DNA of 64,000 bases from Eledone cirrhosa (taxonomy: Eukaryota), in assembly GCA_964016885.1 (NCBI GenBank), contig OZ024742.1:168826001-168890000 (forward strand), written 5' to 3'. The position numbers and the translations under genes were made by a program. A model generated the notes under the pieces. That model was not told where the DNA came from, did not search any database, and saw nothing but the letters and a program-made list of their open reading frames with translations. Of the stretch, positions 1-13,100 are shown piece after piece (the stretch's first letter is position 1; every line of letters begins with the position of its first letter).

Positions 1-2506
1 CTTGGACGGCTGGAAATTATCTCTGCTTGATTTTTTTTACAAATTATCTCCCCCTGATTTTTTTTTACAAATTATCCCCCCCGATTTTTTTTACAAATTA
101 TCTCCCCCTGATTTTTTTTACAAATTATCTCCCCTTGGACGGCTGGAAATTATCTCCCCTTGGACGGCTGGAAATTATCTCCCCTTGGACGGCTAGAAGT
201 TACCTCTCCTTGGACGACTGAAAATTATCTCCCCTTGGACGGCTGCAAATTATCTCCCCTTGATTTTTTTTACAAATTATCTCCGCCTGATTTTTTTTTT
301 AAAATTATCTCCCCTTGGACGGCTGGAAATTACCTCCCCTTGGACGGCTGGAAATTATCTCCTTGGACGGCTAGAAATTACCTCTCATTGGACGGCTGAA
401 AATTATCTCCCCTTGGACGGCTGGAAATTATCTCCCCTTGATTTTTTTTACAAATTATCTCCCCCTGATTTTTTTTTACAAATTATCTCCCCCTGATTTT
501 TTTTTTACAAATTATCTCCGCCTGATTTTTTTTTAAATTATCTCTCCTTGGACGGCTGGATATTATCTCCCCTTTCATTTTTTTTACAAATTATCTCCCC
601 CTGATTTTTTTTTACAAATTATCTCCCCCTGATTTTTTTTTACAAATTATCTCCCCCTGATTTTTTTTTACAAATTATCTCCCCCTGATTTTTTTTTACA
701 AATTATCTACCCCTGATTTTTTTTTACAAATTATCTCCCCCTGATTTTTTTTACAAATTATCTCTCCCTGATTTTTTTTTACAAATTATCTCCCCCTGAT
801 TTTTTTTTACAAATTATCTACCCCTGATTTTTTTTTACAAATTATCTCCCCCTGATTTTTTTTACAAATTATCTCCCCCTGATTTTTTTACAAATTATCT
901 CCCCCCGATTTTTTTTACAAATTATCTCCGCCTAATTTTTTTAAATATTATCTTCCCTTGGCTGGCGGGAAATTATCTCCCCTTGGACGGCTGAAAATTA
1001 TCTCCCCTTGGACGGCTGGAAATTATCTCCCCTTGATTTTTTTACAAATTATCTCCCCCTGATTATTTTTTACAAATTATCTCCCCCTGATTTTTTTTTA
1101 CAAATTATCTCCCTCTGATTTTTTTTACAAATTATCTCCCCTTGGCTGGCTGGAAATTATCTCCCCTTGGAGGCTGGAATTTATCTCCCCTTGGACGGTT
1201 AGAAATTACCTCTCCTTGGACTGCTGGAAAATATGTCTCCTTGGACGGCTGGAAATTATCTCCCCTTGGACGGCTGGAAATTATCTCCCCTTGGACGGCT
1301 GGAAATTATCTCTCCTCGGACGACTAGAAATTACCTCTCCTTGGACAGCTGAAAATTATCTCCCCTTGGACGGCTGGAAATTATCTCCCCTTGATTTTTT
1401 TTACAAATTATCTCCCCCTGATTTTTTTTTACAAATTATCTCCCCCTGATTTTTTTTTACAAATTATCTCCCCCTGATTTTTTTTACAAATTATCTCCCC
1501 CTGATATTTTTTACAAATTATCTCCCCCTGATTTTTTTACAAATTATCTCCCCTTGGCTGGCTGGAAATTATCTCCCCTTGGAGGCTGGAATTTATCTCC
1601 CCTTGGACGGCTAGAAATTACCTCGCCTTGGACGGCTGGAAAATATGTCTCCTTGGACGGCTGGAAATTATCTCCCCTTGGACGGCTGGAAATTATCTCC
1701 CCTTGGACGGCTAGATATTACCTCCCCTTGGACGGCTGGAAATTATCTCCCCTTGATTTTTTTTACAAATTATCTCCCCCTGATTTTTTTTTACAAATTA
1801 TCTCCCCCTGATTTTTTTTTACAAATTATCTACCCCTGATTTTTTTTTACAAATTATCTCCCCCTGATTTTTTTTACAAATTATCTCTCCCTGATTTTTT
1901 TTTACAAATTATCTCCCCCTGATTTTTTTTTACAAATTATCTACCCCTGATTTTTTTTTACAAATTATCTCCCCCTGATTTTTTTTACAAATTATCTCCC
2001 CCTGATTTTTTTTACAAATTATCTCCCCCTGATTTTTTTACAAATTATCTCCCCCCGATTTTTTTTACAAATTATCTCCGCCTAATTTTTTTAAATATTA
2101 TCTTCCCTTGGCTGGCGGGAAATTATCTCCCCTTGGACGGCTGAAAATTATCTCCCCTTGGACGGCTGGAAATTATCTCCCCTTGATTTTTTTACAAATT
2201 ATCTCACCCTGATTATTTTTTACAAATTATCTCCCCCTGATTTTTTTTTACAAATTATCTCCCTCTGATTTTTTTTACAAATTATCTCCCCTTGGCTGGC
2301 TGGAAATTATCTCCCCTTGGAGGCTGGAATTTATCTCCCCTTGGACGGTTAGAAATTACCTCTCCTTGGACTGCTGGAAAATAGGGTCTCCTTGGACGGC
2401 TGGAAATTATCTCCCCTGGGACGGCTGGAAATTATCTCCCCTTGGACGGCTGGAAATTATCTCTCCTCGGACGACTAGAAATTACCTCTCCTTGGACAGC
2501 TGAAAA

Positions 2507-2944
2507 TTATCTCCCCTTGGACGGCTGGAAATTATCTCCCCTTGATTTTTTTTACAAATTATCTCCCCCTGATTTTTTTTTACAAATTATCTCCCCTGAT
2601 TTTTTTTTACAAATTATCTGCCCCTGATTTTTTTTACAAATTATCTCCCCCTGATTTTTTTACAAATTATCTCCCCTTGGCTGGCTGGAAATTATCTCCC
2701 CTTGGAGGCTGGAATTTATCTCCCCTTGGACGGCTGGAAATTATCTCCCCTTGATTTTTTTTACAAATTATCTCCCCCTGATTTTTTTTTACAAATTATC
2801 TCCCCTGATTTTTTTTTACAAATTATCTGCCCCTGATTTTTTTTACAAATTATCTCCCCCTGATTTTTTTACAAATTATCTCCCCTTGGCTGGCTGGAAA
2901 TTATCTCCCCTTGGAGGCTGGAATTTATCTCCCCTTGGACGGCT
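2507..2944. repeat. Local 209-bp tandem duplication (5 B + 3 A monomers), found only in super-unit 1
   Basis: ORF-track entries at 2542 and 2751 begin identically. Both copies carry the TCTCCCCTGA (C4) and TCTGCCCCTGA variants. Confidence 0.85.
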
Positions 2945-4140
2945 AGAAATTACCTCTCCTTGGACGGCTGGAAAATATTTCTCCTTGGACGGCTGGAAAT
3001 TATCTCCCCTTGGACGGCTGGAAATTATCTCCCCTTGGACGGCTGGAAATTATCTCCCCTTGGACGGCTAGATATTACCTCCCCTTGGACGGCTGGAAAT
3101 TATCTCCCCTTGATTTTTTTTACAAATTATCTCCCCCTGATTTTTTTTTACAAATTATCTCCCTGATTTTTTTTTACGAATTATCTCCCCCTGATTTTTT
3201 TTTACAAATTATCTCCGCCTGATTTTTTTTTTAAAATTATCTCCCCTTGAACGGCTGGAAATTATCTCCCCTTGGACGGCTGGAAATTATCTCCCCTTGG
3301 ACGGCTAGAAATTACCTCTCCTTGGACGGCTGAAAATTATCTCCCCTTGGACGGCTGCAAATTATCTCCCCTTGATTTTTTAACAAATTATCTCCCCCTG
3401 ATTTTTTTTTACAAATTATCTCCCCCTGATTTTTTTTTACAAATTATCTACGCCTAAGTTTTTTTACAAATTATCTCCCCCTGATTTTTTTTTACAAATT
3501 ATCTCCCCCTGATTTTTTTTACAAATTATCTCCCCCTGATTTTTTTTTACAAATTATTTCCCCCTGATTTTTTTACAAATTATCTCCCCCCTGATTTTTT
3601 TTACAATCTCCGCCTGATTTTTTAAAAAATTATCTTCCCTTGGCTGGCGGGAAATTATCTCCCCTTGGACGGCTGGAAATTATATCCCCTTGGACGGCTG
3701 GAAATTACCTCCCCTTGGACAGCTGGAAATTATCTGCCCTTGATTTTGTTTTTACAAATTATCTCCCCCTGATTTTTTTTACAAATTATCTCCACCTGAT
3801 TTTTTAAAAAATTATCTCCCCTTGGACGGCTGGAAATTATCTCCCCTTGATTTTTTTACAAATTATCTCCCCCTGATTTTTTTTACAAATTATCTCCCCC
3901 TGATTTTTTTTTTACAAATTATCTCCCCCTGATTTTTTTACAAATTATCTCCCCCTGATTTTTTTTACAAATTATCTCCGCCTGATTTTTTTAAATATTA
4001 TCTTCCCTTGGCTGGCGGGAAATTATCTCCCCTTGGACGGCTGAAAATTATCTCCCCTTGGACGGCTGGAAATTATCTCCCCTTGATTTTTTTTACAAAT
4101 TATCTCCCCCTGATTTTTTTTTACAAATTATCTCCCCTGA

Positions 4141-7100
4141 TTTTTTTTTACAAATTATCTGCCCCTGATTTTTTTTACAAATTATCTCCCCCTGATTTTT
4201 TTACAAATTATCTCCCCTTGGCTGGCTGGAAATTATCTCCCCTTGGAGGCTGGAATTTATCTCCCCTTGGACGGCTAGAAATTACCTCTCCTTGGACGGC
4301 TGGAAAATATTTCTCCTTGGACGGCTGGATATTATCTACCCTTGGACGGGTGGAAATTATCTCCCCTTGGACGGCTGGAAATTATCTCCCCTTGGACGGC
4401 TAGATATTACCTCCCCTTGGACGGCTGGAAATTATCTCCCCTTGATTTTTTTTACAAATTATCTCCCCCTGATTTTTTTTTTACAAATTATCTCCCCCTG
4501 ATTTTTTTACAAATTATCTCCCCCTGATTTTTTTTACAAATTATCTCCGCCTGATTTTTTTAAATATTATCTTCCCTTGGCTGGCGGGAAATTATCTCCC
4601 CTTGGACGGCTGAAAATTATCTCCCCTTGGACGGCTGGAAATTATCTCCCCTTGATTTTTTTTACAAATTATCTCCCCCTGATTATTTTTTACAAATTAT
4701 CTTTCCCTGATTTTTTTTTACAAATTATCTCCCCCTGATTTTTTTTACAAATTATCTCCCCCTGATTTTTTTACAAATTATCTCCCCTTGGCTGGCTGGA
4801 AATTATCTCCCCTTGGTGGCTGGAATTTATCTCCCCTTGGACGGCTGGAAATTATCTCTCCTTGGACGGCTAGTAATTACCTCTCCTTGGACGGCTGGAA
4901 AATATGTCTCGTTGGAGGGCTGGAAATTATCTCCCCTTGGACGGCTGGAAATTATCTCCCCTTGGACGGCTGGAAATTATCTCTCCTTGGACGGCTAGAA
5001 ATTACCTCTCCTTGGACGGCTGAAAATTATCTCTCCTTGGACGGCTGGAAATTATCTCCCCTTGGACGGCTAGATATTACCTCCCCTTGGACGGCTGGAA
5101 ATTATCTCCCCTTGATTTTTTTTACAAATTATCTCCCCCTGATTTTTTTTACAAATTATCTACACCTGATTTTTTTACAAATTATCTCCCCCTGATTTTT
5201 TTTACAAATTATCTCCGCCTAATTTTTTTAAATATTATCTTCCCTTGGCTGGCGGGAAATTATCTCCCCTTGGACGGCTGAAAATTATCTCCCCTTGGAC
5301 GGCTGGAAATTATCTCCCCTTGATTTTTTTTACAAATTATCTCCCCCTGATTTTTTTTTACAAATTATCTCCCCCTGATTTTTTTTTACAAATTATCTCC
5401 CCCTGATTTTTTTTTACAAATTATCTCCCCCTGATTTTTTTTACAAATTATCTCCCCCTGATATTTTTTACAAATTATCTCCCCCTGATTTTTTTACAAA
5501 TTATCTCCCCTTGGCTGGCTGGAAATTATCTCCCCTTGGAGGCTGGAATTTATCTCCCCTTGGACGGCTAGAAATTACCTCGCCTTGGACGGCTGGAAAA
5601 TATGTCTCCTTGGACGGCTGGAAATTATCTCCCCTTGGACGGCTGGAAATTATCTCCCCTTGGACGGCTGGATATTATCTACCCTTGGACGGCTAGATAT
5701 TACCTCCCCTTTGACGGCTGGAAATTATCTCCCCTTGATTTTTTTTACAAATTATCTCCCCCTGATTTTTTTTTACAAATTATCTCCCCCTGATTTTTTT
5801 TTACAAATTATCTACCCCTGATTTTTTTACAAATTATCTCCCCCTGATTTTTTTTACAAATTATCTCCGCCTGATTTTTTTAAATATTATCTTCCCTTGG
5901 CTGGCGGGAAATTATCTCCCCTTGGACGGCTGAAAATTATCTCCCCTTGGACGGCTGGAAATTATCTCCCCTTGATTTTTTTTACAAATTATCTCCCCCT
6001 GATTATTTTTTACAAATTATCTTTCCCTGATTTTTTTTTACAAATTATCTCCCCCTGATTTTTTTTACAAATTATCTCCCCCTGATTTTTTTACAAATTA
6101 TCTCCCCTTGGCTGGCTGGAAATTATCTCCCCTTGGTGGCTGGAATTTATCTCCCCTTGGACGGCTGGAAATTATCTCTCCTTGGACGGCTAGTAATTAC
6201 CTCTCCTTGGACGGCTGGAAAATATGTCTCGTTGGAGGGCTGGAAATTATCTCCCCTTGGACGGCTGGAAATTATCTCCCCTTGGACGGCTGGAAATTAT
6301 CTCTCCTTGGACGGCTAGAAATTACCTCTCCTTGGACGGCTGAAAACTATCTCTCCTTGGACGGCTGGAAATTATCTCCCCTTGGACGGCTAGATATTAC
6401 CTCCCCTTGGACGGCTGGAAATTATCTCCCCTTGATTTTTTTTACAAATTATCTCCCCCTGATTTTTTTTTACAAATTATCTCCCCCTGATTTTTTTTTA
6501 CAAATTATCTACGCCTAAGTTTTTTTACAAATTATCTCCCCCTGATTTTTTTTTACAAATTATCTCCCCCTGATTTTTTTTACAAATTATCTCCCCCTGA
6601 TTTTTTTTTACAAATTATTTCCCCCTGATTTTTTTACAAATTATCTCCCCCCTGATTTTTTTTACAATCTCCGCCTGATTTTTTAAAAAATTATCTTCCC
6701 TTGGCTGGCGGGAAATTATCTCCCCTTGGACGGCTGGAAATTATATCCCCTTGGACGGCTGGAAATTACCTCCCCTTGGACAGCTGGAAATTATCTGCCC
6801 TTGATTTTGTTTTTACAAATTATCTCCCCCTGATTTTTTTTACAAATTATCTCCACCTGATTTTTTAAAAAATTATCTCCCCTTGGACGGCTGGAAATTA
6901 TCTGCCCTTGATTTTTTTACAAATTATCTCCCCCTGATTTTTTTTACAAATTATCTCCCCCTGATTTTTTTTTTACAAATTATCTCCCCCTGATTTTTTT
7001 ACAAATTATCTCCCCCTGATTTTTTTTACAAATTATCTCCGCCTGATTTTTTTAAATATTATCTTCCCTTGGCTGGCGGGAAATTATCTCCCCTTGGACG

Positions 7101-10100
7101 GCTGAAAATTATCTCCCCTTGGACGGCTGGAAATTATCTCCCCTTGATTTTTTTTACAAATTATCTCCCCCTGATTTTTTTTTACAAATTATCTCCCCCT
7201 GATTTTTTTTTACAAATTATCTCCCCCTGATTTTTTTTTACAAATTATCTGCCCCTGATTTTTTTTACAAATTATCTCCCCCTGATTTTTTTACAAATTA
7301 TCTTCCCTTGGCTGGCTGGAAATTATCTCCCCTTGGAGGCTGGAATTTATCTCCCCTTGGACGGCTAGAAATTACCTCTCCTTGGACGGCTGGAAAATAT
7401 TTCTCCTTGGACGGCTGGATATTATCTACCCTTGGACGGGTGGAAATTATCTCCCCTTGGACGGCTGGAAATTATCTCCCCTTGGACGGCTAGATATTAC
7501 CTCCCCTTGGACGGCTGGAAATTATCTCCCCTTGATTTTTTTTACAAATTATCTCCCCCTGATTTTTTTTTTACAAATTATCTCCCCCTGATTTTTTTAC
7601 AAATTATCTCCCCCTGATTTTTTTTACAAATTATCTCCGCCTGATTTTTTTAAATATTATCTTCCCTTGGCTGGCGGGAAATTATCTCCCCTTGGACGGC
7701 TGAAAATTATCTCCCCTTGGACGGCTGGAAATTATCTCCCCTTGATTTTTTTTACAAATTATCTCCCCCTGATTATTTTTTACAAATTATCTTTCCCTGA
7801 TTTTTTTTTACAAATTATCTCCCCCTGATTTTTTTTACAAATTATCTCCCCCTGATTTTTTTACAAATTATCTCCCCTTGGCTGGCTGGAAATTATCTCC
7901 CCTTGGTGGCTGGAATTTATCTCCCCTTGGACGGCTGGAAATTATCTCTCCTTGGACGGCTAGTAATTACCTCTCCTTGGACGGCTGGAAAATATGTCTC
8001 GTTGGAGGGCTGGAAATTATCTCCCCTTGGACGGCTGGAAATTATCTCCCCTTGGACGGCTGGAAATTATCTCTCCTTGGACGGCTAGAAATTACCTCTC
8101 CTTGGACGGCTGAAAATTATCTCTCCTTGGACGGCTGGAAATTATCTCCCCTTGGACGGCTAGATATTACCTCCCCTTGGACGGCTGGAAATTATCTCCC
8201 CTTGATTTTTTTTACAAATTATCTCCCCCTGATTTTTTTTACAAATTATCTACACCTGATTTTTTTACAAATTATCTCCCCCTGATTTTTTTTACAAATT
8301 ATCTCCGCCTAATTTTTTTAAATATTATCTTCCCTTGGCTGGCGGGAAATTATCTCCCCTTGGACGGCTGAAAATTATCTCCCCTTGGACGGCTGGAAAT
8401 TATCTCCCCTTGATTTTTTTTACAAATTATCTCCCCCTGATTTTTTTTTACAAATTATCTCCCCCTGATTTTTTTTTACAAATTATCTCCCCCTGATTTT
8501 TTTTTACAAATTATCTCCCCCTGATTTTTTTTACAAATTATCTCCCCCTGATATTTTTTACAAATTATCTCCCCCTGATTTTTTTACAAATTATCTCCCC
8601 TTGGCTGGCTGGAAATTATCTCCCCTTGGAGGCTGGAATTTATCTCCCCTTGGACGGCTAGAAATTACCTCGCCTTGGACGGCTGGAAAATATGTCTCCT
8701 TGGACGGCTGGAAATTATCTCCCCTTGGACGGCTGGAAATTATCTCCCCTTGGACGGCTGGATATTATCTACCCTTGGACGGCTAGATATTACCTCCCCT
8801 TTGACGGCTGGAAATTATCTCCCCTTGATTTTTTTTACAAATTATCTCCCCCTGATTTTTTTTTACAAATTATCTCCCCCTGATTTTTTTTTACAAATTA
8901 TCTACCCCTGATTTTTTTACAAATTATCTCCCCCTGATTTTTTTTACAAATTATCTCCGCCTGATTTTTTTAAATATTATCTTCCCTTGGCTGGCGGGAA
9001 ATTATCTCCCCTTGGACGGCTGAAAATTATCTCCCCTTGGACGGCTGGAAATTATCTCCCCTTGATTTTTTTTACAAATTATCTCCCCCTGATTATTTTT
9101 TACAAATTATCTTTCCCTGATTTTTTTTTACAAATTATCTCCCCCTGATTTTTTTTACAAATTATCTCCCCCTGATTTTTTTACAAATTATCTCCCCTTG
9201 GCTGGCTGGAAATTATCTCCCCTTGGTGGCTGGAATTTATCTCCCCTTGGACGGCTGGAAATTATCTCTCCTTGGACGGCTAGTAATTACCTCTCCTTGG
9301 ACGGCTGGAAAATATGTCTCGTTGGAGGGCTGGAAATTATCTCCCCTTGGACGGCTGGAAATTATCTCCCCTTGGACGGCTGGAAATTATCTCTCCTTGG
9401 ACGGCTAGAAATTACCTCTCCTTGGACGGCTGAAAACTATCTCTCCTTGGACGGCTGGAAATTATCTCCCCTTGGACGGCTAGATATTACCTCCCCTTGG
9501 ACGGCTGGAAATTATCTCCCCTTGATTTTTTTTACAAATTATCTCCCCCTGATTTTTTTTTACAAATTATCTCCCCCTGATTTTTTTTTACAAATTATCT
9601 ACGCCTAAGTTTTTTTACAAATTATCTCCCCCTGATTTTTTTTTACAAATTATCTCCCCCTGATTTTTTTTACAAATTATCTCCCCCTGATTTTTTTTTA
9701 CAAATTATTTCCCCCTGATTTTTTTACAAATTATCTCCCCCCTGATTTTTTTTACAATCTCCGCCTGATTTTTTAAAAAATTATCTTCCCTTGGCTGGCG
9801 GGAAATTATCTCCCCTTGGACGGCTGGAAATTATATCCCCTTGGACGGCTGGAAATTACCTCCCCTTGGACAGCTGGAAATTATCTGCCCTTGATTTTGT
9901 TTTTACAAATTATCTCCCCCTGATTTTTTTTACAAATTATCTCCACCTGATTTTTTAAAAAATTATCTCCCCTTGGACGGCTGGAAATTATCTGCCCTTG
10001 ATTTTTTTACAAATTATCTCCCCCTGATTTTTTTTACAAATTATCTCCCCCTGATTTTTTTTTTACAAATTATCTCCCCCTGATTTTTTTACAAATTATC

Positions 10101-13100
10101 TCCCCCTGATTTTTTTTACAAATTATCTCCGCCTGATTTTTTTAAATATTATCTTCCCTTGGCTGGCGGGAAATTATCTCCCCTTGGACGGCTGAAAATT
10201 ATCTCCCCTTGGACGGCTGGAAATTATCTCCCCTTGATTTTTTTTACAAATTATCTCCCCCTGATTTTTTTTTACAAATTATCTCCCCCTGATTTTTTTT
10301 TACAAATTATCTCCCCCTGATTTTTTTTTACAAATTATCTGCCCCTGATTTTTTTTACAAATTATCTCCCCCTGATTTTTTTACAAATTATCTTCCCTTG
10401 GCTGGCTGGAAATTATCTCCCCTTGGAGGCTGGAATTTATCTCCCCTTGGACGGCTAGAAATTACCTCTCCTTGGACGGCTGGAAAATATTTCTCCTTGG
10501 ACGGCTGGATATTATCTACCCTTGGACGGGTGGAAATTATCTCCCCTTGGACGGCTGGAAATTATCTCCCCTTGGACGGCTAGATATTACCTCCCCTTGG
10601 ACGGCTGGAAATTATCTCCCCTTGATTTTTTTTACAAATTATCTCCCCCTGATTTTTTTTTTACAAATTATCTCCCCCTGATTTTTTTACAAATTATCTC
10701 CCCCTGATTTTTTTTACAAATTATCTCCGCCTGATTTTTTTAAATATTATCTTCCCTTGGCTGGCGGGAAATTATCTCCCCTTGGACGGCTGAAAATTAT
10801 CTCCCCTTGGACGGCTGGAAATTATCTCCCCTTGATTTTTTTTACAAATTATCTCCCCCTGATTATTTTTTACAAATTATCTTTCCCTGATTTTTTTTTA
10901 CAAATTATCTCCCCCTGATTTTTTTTACAAATTATCTCCCCCTGATTTTTTTACAAATTATCTCCCCTTGGCTGGCTGGAAATTATCTCCCCTTGGTGGC
11001 TGGAATTTATCTCCCCTTGGACGGCTGGAAATTATCTCTCCTTGGACGGCTAGTAATTACCTCTCCTTGGACGGCTGGAAAATATGTCTCGTTGGAGGGC
11101 TGGAAATTATCTCCCCTTGGACGGCTGGAAATTATCTCCCCTTGGACGGCTGGAAATTATCTCTCCTTGGACGGCTAGAAATTACCTCTCCTTGGACGGC
11201 TGAAAATTATCTCTCCTTGGACGGCTGGAAATTATCTCCCCTTGGACGGCTAGATATTACCTCCCCTTGGACGGCTGGAAATTATCTCCCCTTGATTTTT
11301 TTTACAAATTATCTCCCCCTGATTTTTTTTACAAATTATCTACACCTGATTTTTTTACAAATTATCTCCCCCTGATTTTTTTTACAAATTATCTCCGCCT
11401 AATTTTTTTAAATATTATCTTCCCTTGGCTGGCGGGAAATTATCTCCCCTTGGACGGCTGAAAATTATCTCCCCTTGGACGGCTGGAAATTATCTCCCCT
11501 TGATTTTTTTTACAAATTATCTCCCCCTGATTTTTTTTTACAAATTATCTCCCCCTGATTTTTTTTTACAAATTATCTCCCCCTGATTTTTTTTTACAAA
11601 TTATCTCCCCCTGATTTTTTTTACAAATTATCTCCCCCTGATATTTTTTACAAATTATCTCCCCCTGATTTTTTTACAAATTATCTCCCCTTGGCTGGCT
11701 GGAAATTATCTCCCCTTGGAGGCTGGAATTTATCTCCCCTTGGACGGCTAGAAATTACCTCGCCTTGGACGGCTGGAAAATATGTCTCCTTGGACGGCTG
11801 GAAATTATCTCCCCTTGGACGGCTGGAAATTATCTCCCCTTGGACGGCTGGATATTATCTACCCTTGGACGGCTAGATATTACCTCCCCTTTGACGGCTG
11901 GAAATTATCTCCCCTTGATTTTTTTTACAAATTATCTCCCCCTGATTTTTTTTTACAAATTATCTCCCCCTGATTTTTTTTTACAAATTATCTACCCCTG
12001 ATTTTTTTACAAATTATCTCCCCCTGATTTTTTTTACAAATTATCTCCGCCTGATTTTTTTAAATATTATCTTCCCTTGGCTGGCGGGAAATTATCTCCC
12101 CTTGGACGGCTGAAAATTATCTCCCCTTGGACGGCTGGAAATTATCTCCCCTTGATTTTTTTTACAAATTATCTCCCCCTGATTATTTTTTACAAATTAT
12201 CTTTCCCTGATTTTTTTTTACAAATTATCTCCCCCTGATTTTTTTTACAAATTATCTCCCCCTGATTTTTTTACAAATTATCTCCCCTTGGCTGGCTGGA
12301 AATTATCTCCCCTTGGTGGCTGGAATTTATCTCCCCTTGGACGGCTGGAAATTATCTCTCCTTGGACGGCTAGTAATTACCTCTCCTTGGACGGCTGGAA
12401 AATATGTCTCGTTGGAGGGCTGGAAATTATCTCCCCTTGGACGGCTGGAAATTATCTCCCCTTGGACGGCTGGAAATTATCTCTCCTTGGACGGCTAGAA
12501 ATTACCTCTCCTTGGACGGCTGAAAACTATCTCTCCTTGGACGGCTGGAAATTATCTCCCCTTGGACGGCTAGATATTACCTCCCCTTGGACGGCTGGAA
12601 ATTATCTCCCCTTGATTTTTTTTACAAATTATCTCCCCCTGATTTTTTTTTACAAATTATCTCCCCCTGATTTTTTTTTACAAATTATCTACGCCTAAGT
12701 TTTTTTACAAATTATCTCCCCCTGATTTTTTTTTACAAATTATCTCCCCCTGATTTTTTTTACAAATTATCTCCCCCTGATTTTTTTTTACAAATTATTT
12801 CCCCCTGATTTTTTTACAAATTATCTCCCCCCTGATTTTTTTTACAATCTCCGCCTGATTTTTTAAAAAATTATCTTCCCTTGGCTGGCGGGAAATTATC
12901 TCCCCTTGGACGGCTGGAAATTATATCCCCTTGGACGGCTGGAAATTACCTCCCCTTGGACAGCTGGAAATTATCTGCCCTTGATTTTGTTTTTACAAAT
13001 TATCTCCCCCTGATTTTTTTTACAAATTATCTCCACCTGATTTTTTAAAAAATTATCTCCCCTTGGACGGCTGGAAATTATCTGCCCTTGATTTTTTTAC

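Noticed and set aside
570-950. Rho-independent terminators or Pol III units suggested by T-tracts
   Set aside because: No GC-rich hairpin precedes the T-tracts, no A/B-box or gene context is evident, and the tracts are an integral part of monomer B.
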